From Bispira polyomma (Eukaryota), in assembly GCA_965649765.1 (NCBI GenBank), contig OZ287752.1, positions 10,664,001 through 10,728,000 on the forward strand: DNA of 64,000 nucleotides, read 5' to 3'. The position numbers and the translations under genes were made by a program. The notes under the pieces are model-generated. The model saw only the letters and a program-made list of their open reading frames with translations, was not told the DNA's origin and did not search any database. Shown piece by piece: positions 23,301 to 35,300 of this stretch. Positions within the stretch are counted from its first letter, which is position 1, and each line of letters begins with the position of its first letter.

Positions 23301-26300
23301 GTGTGTCTGTTGGTTTGTTTGTTTGTCACCAGGATTACACAAACTCTCTACCAAACCGATTTAAATGGAATTTTGCTAAAGTGATAAAGCATGGACCAAA
23401 GAAGAGGTAATAAAATTGCGGACTGGATCTGGGTAAAACGAATGTTTTCTTTTCACTTTGAGGAAGCCATGACAGAGGTATATGTCCTGGTGGAATATCT
23501 CTGATTACTTTTCATACTTACATCTCATTTGATTTTGACTTAAAACAGTGCTATCCTTTTCTTTGTTAGAGGTTGATGTAGTGATAGCAAATTGTTCAAT
23601 GAGATTGAAAAAAATCAAATAATCAGACAACAGAAGTTCTGATAATAGAGGTCATACTGTAATAGTATGCTCCCTAAAAAATCTCTGTCCCATGTCAATA
23701 GTTGGACGACCTTCATGCATTACAAAGGGGGCCGCGGTCGCCTAGTGGTTAGCAAGCACTGCGCTTCACAATCACTGGTCTCTCACCTCTGGGCGGCGTG
23801 AGTTCGAATCCCGTCGATGTCTATGTGGGAAAGATGGTAGTTCCTTACTGTGGGCTGCTGGTTTCTCTGCAGAAACTTGACCGACTGTATGCAGTGTTTC
23901 CTCCAGCGTTTTCAACTACCCATCCCAATATAACCTACTAAAAGGTACTAGAGTGGACGTTAAATATCCAAATTCAAATTCAAGTATGCTCACTAAAAAA
24001 TCTGTCCCATGTCAACAGTTGGAAGAGTCCTTCATGCATTACAAAACTTTTACAGACATGTACAATATATAAAACAAATATGATTATTATGCATCGCAAA
24101 AAAACAACACGTTTCACCACCACATAACTGAATATATATGTTATATATAATATATCCTGCAATAAAAATCTATCTGTCAAAAAGCCCAAAAACCTACAAA
24201 AAAAATGTAATATCCAAGGCAATCAAAATATGGAGCAACTTGCAACAAACACAGATTTACAAACTGAAATAATGCCAAGCACTAAAAATATCTTTTATTT
24301 AATCCAAGATACACAGTGCCACCGTTTCATCATGATTTCAAGTTTAGATTAAAAATTAACGAGACAGATTTTCCATTTTTCACCCATTACTACTTCTATT
24401 TCACAAGTAGGCCTTCAAAAAGTTAATTTTTTTACAGTATACCATTGATGCTCTGATAACCTATTTTGTTGTGCTTTAGAACAAAGGTTCTCTCTAGCAA
24501 ATCAAATCAAACATCTGGCCATATTTCAGTTTGTAAACGACAAATAAATCAGAAAATATGTATCGATACAAAAAACAAAAATAATTCCCACATAATGTTA
24601 AGCGTATCGGTATATAATAGTATAACCTCTGTTATCTGAACGTGTTGGGGGAGGGGGGGTGAGGGGAGAGCAAGTTTCGTTTGGAGATAACAGAAATATT
24701 AAACAAAATAGAATTGGCATTTTTGTAAAATGTATATTTGGGAAAGTAAAAAGGAGGTTCATAAAATCAAATATACATATAATAGAAGTTTGTATAATAA
24801 AAGTTCAGATAATAGAGGTTCTACTATACTCATAGCCCCACCGATATGCACACAACAGAATACCACACACACACACACCACACCACACATGATCATCAAA
24901 AACCTCTGGATTCCCACACACTGCAGCACATAAAAAAACGACTCTATGCCCTTGGACTCTATAGATGTCGCCACAGTCAAGAGTTACCATGGTAACACCC
25001 CGCCATGTAACCCAAGGCGACACACACACTATAGTACCTATAAGGTGGGGGTACCTGAGCTTCCCCCCGAGAGGGTTCTTGCTTTTCTAATTCGCTTTGG
25101 GAGGTCGTACTCTTCCATACTGGCTGCCCGGGCGTAGGGCATACGCGAGACGTTTGGCATGGGGAGGGAGGAGACTAAAAAGTCAACAACAGACACACAC
25201 CCATTAACAGCAGGTGCTCTGGTGATATGCATGTGTATATACAGTCCATTGAATGTTTAACCCTACAAAACTGTCAAGATTTAATTGATATTTTATACAG
25301 AAAGTCAGAAATATACACCCATTAAGAGCAGGTGCTCTGGTGATATATATATTGTATATAGAGTCCACTGAATGTTTATCACTATAAAAACTGTAAAGAT
25401 TTGATTGATATTTCATGTTTCTCCCTACAAAAATGTCAAGATTTGTATTATATTTTATACAGAAATATACACCCATTAACAACAGGTGCTCTGGTAATAT
25501 GAATGAATATGAATGAATGTTTATCGTTCGAAAACTATTAGATTTGATTTTGACTCAACGCATGAATGTTTATCCTTCTAAAACTGTTAGATTAGATTTT
25601 GTTCAATAATTACTTGCCATTGCCATGTGTTGGAGCCATATCCAACTCCCTCACCAATGAAGAGAAACGTTTTTTGCTACCTTAAGCATATCAGTGAATT
25701 TTAGGTATGTGTGTAGTGGACAATGGTCAGTCCTCCCTTGAGGGTTAAGGGAGAACCCCAAAGTAGGTCACCTTTTATATTTTTTTCGTTGGCCGTCCGT
25801 GATATAGCTATTGTCGGGAAATGTTAGGTGCAATTTTCGCAATAGAAACACCCATTAGCAGCAGGTGTTCTGGTAATATGCATACTGTATATTATACAGT
25901 CCGTTTATATCCCTATAAAATTGTTCAGATTTGATTGATATTCCATTCAGGAAGCCATAATTACAAACCCAATTGAAACAGGTGCTCTGGCGATACACAC
26001 ACTGTATACACAGTCCACTGAATGTTTTTTCCCATAAAAATTGTTCAGATTTGATTGATATTCCAGACAGAAATTCATAAATACAGACCCATTCCTAGCA
26101 GGTGCCCTGGGGTGATAATAGCAAGATGATTCGTTTTGTGTGTGATAAGTGCCGTGTCAGATTTGTTAAGGATTCCTCGGTGGCTACTTTAGTAAACGGT
26201 AAACTATATCCCGCAGAATCCCTAGTGTCTCAATCTACACGTCTACTCAATATTAAGATTAAGGAAGGGACTTGGGTATTTTAAATGATTTCTTTTAAAT

Positions 26301-29300
26301 AATGCATTTACCATTTATCAAAAATAGCCATTAATAATGCTATTAGTAACAGGTGTTTGGGTCTTATGTATAGATATACTTTACAGTCTATATACTGTGT
26401 GAAATAAGCATACATGATCTCCCTTCTAATTGGGTCCACTCCAAGATTTAATGGATTCTTCCTTGACGTAATTGCACCCTTCCCTCAACTCAACTTCATG
26501 TAAATCGGTAAAGTAGTTTTTGCGTACCCCTGATGGGAGGCCTTGATAAGTATTAGTGGTAACACACTTGCCTCCTACCCCTGCAGTCGTGGGTTTGAAT
26601 CTCGATCCAGGAGCATGTAAGTGGGAAAGTTGGCAGTAGACTTACAATGGTTTTGCAAGAGCAGAAAACCTTTGACACCAACTACCCCAGGGCCCTTATT
26701 CACGAAAGGACTTAGCCAGGTCTTAGGCTTAAATCTAGCACAAAAGTATACTGATTTAAGCCTAAAACCTGGCTAAGTCCCTCCATGAATACGGCCCCAT
26801 GGTATGATTTCCTCCAGTAATAAACTGCCACATCATGATATTACACAAGACACGTTAAAATCGACGTTAACCCCAAAACTAAGTGTTTATTCCTGTGGCA
26901 GGTCTTTCTCTGGTGGTACAAAGTGTTGACAGTTCATCTATTGTTTGTATCCCCTGTGTTATATAAGTGCCATTCTATTCCAGGGACCTGTATTCACAAA
27001 CAGTCTTATTCTTAACTCAGTCTTAAGCTTAACATTTATGTCTAGAATATTTAAGGCTGCCTACTGTTAGTCTTGACTGTTAAGTGCAAACTTGACATTA
27101 ACCAAGGATATTTTCTTACTGTCACTGAGACTAAGGCCACCTTTTAGGCCAAAATGTTCACCTTTTAGGCCAAAATAAAAGACAACATGTATAATGTTGA
27201 ACTTAAGACTAAGACAGTTTTTGAGAATATGGCCCATGTTGCTTACAACCCCAAAGTTTGCTTATTTCCACACATAGAGGAAGTCAAACTTGCTTAATAA
27301 TAATAATATTTGAAACATTTATAGAGCGCCAAATTGATGAGAACATCCTCTAAGGCGCTGGTATCCAAAAAGGGAAGCTCCAGGGACAAAAGGTTGTTAC
27401 CAGAAAGCATCCACCAAGGGAAGGGTGACTAAGGTAGGGGGATAGGCCACAGTCTGAAAGGTAAGTTTTCAGATAGCTTCTGAAACCAGTGATTTTATCC
27501 TGGGATCTGACAGTGTGTGGGAGTTTGTTCCATTCAACAGGAGCCGCAACAGCAAAGCAGCGCCTGCTGATTTTACTATTTGGTTGGATTGTTGGTTGAG
27601 TTTGATAGATTGCTTCACCAAACTTCTATACAAAGGATTGTGGGGCAGTATCCAACAGTGTCATTTCATATAGTGTTGTATAGTATTTATTAAAATAACC
27701 AGTTCCATTTATGGGCTATTCTATTTCTTACACAAGGTGTAAAAAAGCAGGAGCGCTTGGCATAAAAATTTTGAGTTGATGTTTAAAAAAACCTTAAAAG
27801 ACCCTGTGGTGTATTGCAATTGTTTGTGTTAACCCGATAAACTGGATTCATTTACAAGATTTATTTTACTAGAGATATATTCTGTATTTTTATGACTCCA
27901 GGTATGTGTCTCAATAAATGTGTTTATTTTTTTCAAAATTGCTTAGACTTATTCTCTATCCCATATAGATTCAGTTATGTGGTGGGGAGCTTGTTATTCT
28001 AATATACTATTTGTTTCATACTAAAGACACAGTAACAAACTGATATTTAATCAATCAAATAATTTTTATTCGTTTGCATTTTTGTTATATTATTTTAACT
28101 AATGGTTTTAGCTTGGGGGATGTTTTAAAGAACTATTCCAAAGTATTGATAAATGTACGACGCAGTATGCAATCTTTCCATCAATATATAGAAGTTTGTA
28201 ATATTCAGAATTTTTTTTGGATTTCTTTTGCGCTGTCAATTTAGAAGTGTTTATCTAGTGTAATATATTTAAACATTTTAGCTTGAAAAAAATTCCATTA
28301 TTTTCTACTGTACTCAAGATGAAAATCAATATAAAAAAAGTTCAACATCAATTTATCTAGCAGTTTTACTAGGTATACAGTGCCAATAAACTTTCTGGTT
28401 CTTTTTTGCTATGTAGCTGTAATTGATCAAAACATTAAAAGTCAAAAACTGTAGATTTACTAATGTAAACGGATTGAAATACATAAATATGTTAAAATAC
28501 AATCAGTGCACTTAACCATCACTTATGATTAGTGAAACAAATACATGAAAACAACAATTATGTGAGACATGTATGAACTTTAAGGGGCGGCTCTTTAGTC
28601 TACAGACTGTATAAATATAGTGTATAACACATTCTAAGTACATACAAATAAAGTGCTCATATTGTATGTGTGGGCATAGGATGACCAAACACGTCTCTTT
28701 ACAATATCACACACAGCAAAAAGATGGACTTTAGGGGTGGCATTTACAATAGATCTGAGTCTTAACTTCTATGTCCAAAAATATTTAAGACTGCCTACTG
28801 TTAGCCTTAGTGTTAAGAGGGAAGTGAAAACTACTAAACAAAGACATTTTTTTATCGTGTCACTGGGAGTAAGACCAAAATGTTAAACCTTTTTGAACAA
28901 AGACCAAATGCTAAGCTTAATGCTTAAGTTTAGACTAAGACCTTTTGTGACTACGTCCCCTGAAGATACATAATTTTCTCTACTTAAGCAGGATTTTTAA
29001 TTCTACTGATTCTATTTTTGAACAGAAATAAACATTTTAAAGTCAACACTATTACTTAATTTACATTTTGTGGAAAAACTGTGATTTCAAAGGTATTGAA
29101 TTGCATGATAAGCTTTCATAGAGTTGGACATAGTAAAGTTTTCAAATACATACATAAACATCCAAATATTTAACTTAGTTTACAAGCCTAAATTTTGAAT
29201 TTTCATTTTTACTTCAATACCAAGCTAATTCTTATATTTTTAAAGCTGTTTATACATGTATCAATCCAAATTTTAAAGATGTAAGAGAATGGGCTATGAG

Positions 29301-32300
29301 TATTAAGTCTTTGACTTAGTTTGTGTCCTTCATCTTGGTGTGTGTGTGCTTTAGTACTCACCTAAACCGAGTCCCTGAAGGAAATACTGGAAGCTCTCAA
29401 TGAACTTGTCTGCCTACAATAAAACACACATATTAGGTATAATTCTGTGAATAAGACATCAGTGATCAGTAACTACTTCATTTCTTGGAAAAGTACTTCA
29501 GTAATATCACTCAGTTAACTGTTGTAATTTCAGTCCTCTTTCAGTACATTAATACAGCCATTAATACAACTTTAAAAATGGACTATGATTTTTACAACTT
29601 TGTCCCTGATGTTGCGCTTAAAAGATGTCTGGCATTATTTAGGCGCATTAAAAATCTCTCATATAACATCATTATATCAAAAGTAGCCGACTGTGTTTAT
29701 GCACTGAAAAGATGGGGGATTAATACATTAACCAGGGGCTATCAGCAACCATACCTTTTCCCCCAGTAAATCAGAACTCATAGCTACCCTCCAGCACATT
29801 AGCACCCGCACCATTTACACCAGCACATTATCACTCCGATACATTTGCACCCATACATTTTTTCACCAGCACATTAGCACTCTAGCACATTAGCACCCTA
29901 GTACATTAGCACTCTAGTACATTAGCACTCCAGTATAATAACACTCTCAAACATTAACACTCTAAAACATTAGCACTCTAGTACATTAGCACTCTAGTAC
30001 ATTAGCACCCACACTTTTTCCTCCAGTACATTAGCACTCTAGTAAATTAGCACACATACCTTTTCCTCCAATACATTGTCACTCTAGTACATTAGCACTC
30101 TAGTAAATTAGCACTCTAGTACATTAGCACTCCAGTACATCAGCACCCCTACCTTTTCCTCCAGTACATTAGCACTCTAGTACATTAGCACCCACACTTT
30201 TTCCTCCAGTACATTAGCACTCTAGTACATTAGCACACATACCTTTTCCTCCAATACATTGTCACTCTAGTACATTAGCATCCTACCTTTTCCTTCAGTA
30301 TATTAGCACTCTAATACATTAACACCACTACCTTTTCCTCCAATACATTAGCACTCTAGTACTAGCAGTCTAGTAGATCAGTACCCTACCTTTTCCTCTA
30401 GTACATTAGCACAGCCTGCCACCTGCAGTAGTTCTATCTTCCCTTTGTCAATGGCATGTTTCATCATATGTTCGTGCAGGCTGTGGGTGGTCTTGTGAAA
30501 CACAGACTTGCTGCCAGTCACAAACAGCACAGGGCATCTGCCAAAACATAAATACAGGTGTACTCAGCCATACTCAAAATGTACTGTACGTGTGCTCAAA
30601 ATGTACTGTAGATGTACTTAAAATGTACTGTATGTGTGCTCAAAATGTACTGTAGATGTACTCAAAATGTACTTTACAATCAAAATGTACTGAATGTGTA
30701 TTCAGTAAGTACTCGGTCTGTACCTTTTGTGTACTCAGCTTCACTCCGGGTGCATTAACATGTACTATCTACCTACTTCGAGTGTACTCAAAATTGTATT
30801 TAAAGTGTATCTAGTATGTACTTAATGTGTATTTAAGAGTGCACTCAGTGTGTACTTAAGTTGTGGTCTTTTCACAACACTCTTTTACACAATACATTTG
30901 CAGCATGTCTTTATTTATTACAGGATTAAATCAGTATAATAAGAATGTAGACTGTAACTTACTTCAGTTTCCTGATGCTATCTGCCACATTGCTTCTCCT
31001 GTAGAAACAAAACACATTCCATTAGAACTAAAACTCTATACTGTGCACAGTATCTCCATACATCCAGAATACCCTGGTAAACTTAATGGGCTAATTACAA
31101 GTATCAAATGCTTTAAAATTCGATTCACACTGTATAATTTTAAAATTTCAGTAACAAAATCTTGAAAAGGATCCTAGGTTTAACTTTCAGGGACAGAGTT
31201 TAAAATTTAACTAAGTTCAAAGTAATTGATCAATTCAATGAAGTGGTAGAACTAGGAAATTTAATTCCAGCTAAAATATCAATGCATACAGTATAAGAGC
31301 ATATGTAAAAAAATACGTAATAGAGTAAATGGAAAATGTGTTTATCTCTACCACAAATCAATTAGCCTAATAGACTTTGATAATAATGCAACCTTCAGTG
31401 ACAGTCATGCGGCAATAGATATACAGAATTCCTGTGACCAAAGTCACAAACATCCTTGGATTGAGGCCAATGTTCTTCAATTGGTTTTATTACCCTTACA
31501 AGGCAATGTGGTGGTACAATGGAATTAACACCTGTGTCAAGGAGATTAGGTTTTCACCTGTGTCCATTGATTTCTTTGTTTAAGTGTCACAAGGATTACG
31601 AGGTGTTTTGTTATGGGTGTGTAATGTCACTTGTGTTGTGTCCCGTGTTGTTCACTGCTAAAGGAAATCAGAACAGGGCAGTTCATCAATGGTTTTTTGC
31701 ACTGTTAAACATGGTGGTCTCTGTGGCCGAGCAGTTAGGGTGTCGGACTTTGGATTTTAGAGATCTTAAGAGCCCAGGTTTGATCCTCACTGCAGGCCTG
31801 AAAATTGTACCCTTGTGACACGGTGTTTTACACAGTTGTACCTCTCAACCCAGGACTATAAATGGGTACCTAGGTACCCGCTAATGGAGTTTAGTCTTTG
31901 AGCGCCGCATGTGGCAGCATGGCTAGTATGATTCCTGAGGAAGCTGAGACTGAACAACGGGTTGATGAGTGGAAGAGCCCAGGCTTGGGGTGTAAACTGT
32001 AAAGTCAGCTGAGACCTCAATAGAGGTGATATCAGATTATAAGTCACACACACTACACACACACATTTACAGAAGCCAAATTTCCCATAAACACATCAGG
32101 GCCGAGATTCAAACTCACAATGGCAGAGGTGGGAGGCCAGTATGTTGCCCTATACACCTGCGAGGGAACCCATCAGAATAAACATTAAAACTATTTAACC
32201 GATTTACATAAAATTCAGTTGAAGCATCAGGCATGGGCCAAGTAAGAACTAGACCTAGTGCATCGGAGAACCGATGCATATTTGTATCCACCAGAAAGAC

Positions 32301-35300
32301 AAAGCACCCTAGGTAGCAAGCACCTTAGGTAGCAAGCACCCTAGCTAGCACCCAAGCAAGGAGCCTATGATTTCCTATAGGGCATTTATGCTAAAGCCTT
32401 AAATCGCACAAGTGGGTTTCACATTGCAAACATGTGGGAGATAGGCACTTTAAAGTTTGGACTACCCGTTTAACCTTGTACAAGGGATCCAAGGTCAAAT
32501 CTGACCACAGCAAAAGATTAGCAGCCCATGATTTCCTACAGGTCGGTTTCACATTCCAAACCTGTACGACCAATAATAAGCGAAATATAGGCACTTTTAA
32601 GTTTGACCAAGACTGACCTTGAACGAGGGGCCAAAGGTCAAATCGGACCAGATCAAAAGATTTCCAGGCCTTGATTTTGTACAGGTTGGTTTCACATTTG
32701 AAACCTGTAGGACCAATAATAAGCGAGATATAGGCACTTTTAAGTTTGGCTATCCGCATTTGACCTTGAACAAAGAGCCCAAGGTCAAATCTGAGTACAT
32801 CAAAAGATTCCCAGCCCATGATTTTCTATATGTTGGTTTGGCACTCCAAACCTCTGGGACCAATAATAAGTGAGATATAGGGACTTTTAAGTTTGACCAT
32901 AAGCATTCGACCTTGAACGAGGGGTCCAAGCTCAAATCGGATTACATTAAAAGATTCCTAGCCCATGATTTCCTATAGGTTGGTTTCATATCAAATAAAA
33001 TGATCAAATAGATTTTTTTAATTTGTGATGTAATCAGTTGTTGCAAAAAAAGTCATTTGTGACGTCAAGACGGTAGGTCAAAGTATTCTCCCTCTGTATA
33101 GTTGAATTAGTCGCCATCGGTGGTGAAGGTGTTAATAAATATTTTTTAAAGAGCTGAAATGGAAAGCCAGATTAAGTAACTTTTTTAGTTAAATATTTTT
33201 TTTGGGTGGGAGGGGAGGTATTTGGCACCATGGGTGTCTTTGGGGAGTTATATAAAAGGGTTGTGTCCTTGCCGTTTCATAACTGGGTTATGTAGTTTGA
33301 CTCCACTAACGGTAACACACAATATCAAACCTCCCTGCCTTATGACAGTGACTTAGATTAGATTAGTTAAGGTTTAACATCGCTTTCCACACGAGGAAGT
33401 TAATCAGGGGTATTTGAACAAGGTTTTGTATGCCGGGCTTGGACCTGGATCATCAGAGGCTCACCTAGAACGAGTTTTTGACTACAATGAATTGCTGTAC
33501 TAAACAACTCTGTCTCTCACCATGTGAACAGTCAGTTAATCAAACGCATTGTCAAGGACAGAAAACTTGGTGTAGGGGTTCGCCAGGGTTTGTATTGATC
33601 ATCATTCTCCGAGGCCAGTCAAGGCTAAGTAATAGGCTTGTCAAGAGTTTCAGCATTGTGATCGACTGGCATTTAGGACCTAGGAATGGCTTTCACAAAG
33701 GGACTAAGCCAAGACTTTGTCTGACATGTGACATACTTTTGTGCTAGATGTAGGACGATGTCCATTATGTGAATACTTCCCCTGGGCCCGTATTCACCAA
33801 CAGACTTAGCTAAAGTGTAAGACTTAAATCTAACACAAAAGCATACTAGATTTAAACCTAAGACTTCGCTAAGTCTGTTGATGAACACTGACCTCTGGAG
33901 TTTTAGAGTAAACATTCCACCACCTCCCAACACACACTCACTTGAGGAAAGCCTCCACAAACTTCTTGAGGTTTTTAGGGTTGACTTTAGTTCTGAGCGT
34001 GGTCTGGTAGTTTTCTATCACCTTCTTCAGGGAGTCCTGATCTTGTACACTGGAAAACTGGAAAACAAAGAAATTGGTATAGAAAGAACCTTTATTAGCT
34101 AGAAACTAGCACAGTCAGAACCTCCGTTATATGAATATATTGGGGGAAGTCCTGACCTTGTACACTGGAAAACACAGAAACTGGTACAGTAAGAATCTGT
34201 ATTATCTGAAGCTGGTGGGGGGAGTAAGCTTTGTTCAGATAACAGAACATTGATCAATAATCGATAGGAGTTTTAGTATAAAACAAGAGGAAAATATAAC
34301 TTTGGAACAGTGAAAATATGTGTAGACAAACATGGAATATTTGGTAAAAAAAAAAAAACAATCTAAATTTGGGACACTGAAAATGTATTTGTAAAATTGG
34401 ATATTTGGACAATGAAAGTTCAGATAATAGAGGTTCTACTCTACCTTATCCACAGTAGATATACAGTACAGGCTTTAACTATAATATTTAACTTTACACA
34501 TTTAACTGTAACGTTCATCATATAAAAAACAGGAAAACCTTTATTAGCCGAACTTCTATTATCTGAGTATTTGAGTTTATAAACTCTAAATTCACTCTCC
34601 AAAATTTAAGTCCTCATATTGGTTTGAACAAAAATAGCTCATCTACTTGATTAACCTTCTATTATCCTAAACAAAATCTTTGATAATAGAAGTTCAATTG
34701 TACACCTTGTATATATTTGGTAAGGCAAGACGTTTACAACAGACTACAAATAGGTGTGAAAAAAATATTATTGATTTATTAAATTAGACAAAAAAAACAA
34801 ACAAAGTTTGGCTGGTATTACTTACAGGTTTAAACAAGAAAGTATTTATTGGGAAAATTTAATTAAAAACGTATCTTGTATAGATATGGATTAAATCTAT
34901 TACATGTATTTATTACATGGTTATATATATATAAGTGTACATAGTTGTGGATTGTTCTTCAAGTGTTGATCAAGTTGGGTAGTAAGCACAGGAAGAATAA
35001 ATTTTACAGGTATCTCTACACTTTTGACAACACTTTCTCTTTGGATATATCAAGTCATTAAAAAAAAGTCTAATCATTAATCAAACCTACTAATCATATT
35101 CTACTAGAATAATATTTTTGAACTGCTGTTAATTGAAAAATGATTAATATTAATAAAGAAAGCAAAAGAAACCATAAAAAACATACACATAAACAGCAAA
35201 GATCACAAAGTTACCAGGAAATATTCTGGTAACATTAATATTCCACTATCACCTATACTAGATGTAGCACACAAGAAACACTACCAATGTCTTGTTAACT

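Noticed and set aside
23727-23815. tRNA gene-like A/B boxes (also near 11460, 18250, 26550, 31720 and 36880)
   Set aside because: No full cloverleaf; they continue into SINE bodies and tails.
25029-25040. Stop-codon readthrough at the G1 TAG (UAG-G followed by a hairpin)
   Set aside because: A second in-frame TAG follows after two codons (TAG GTA CTA TAG), so readthrough would add almost nothing.
32391-32935. Overlapping 60-142 aa ORFs on both strands
   Set aside because: Translations of a tandem repeat within a non-autonomous element; no protein motifs.
33420-33480. Minus-strand CTGATGA followed by a GC-rich stem (hammerhead or Penelope-like)
   Set aside because: No GAAA core follows; too degenerate to call.
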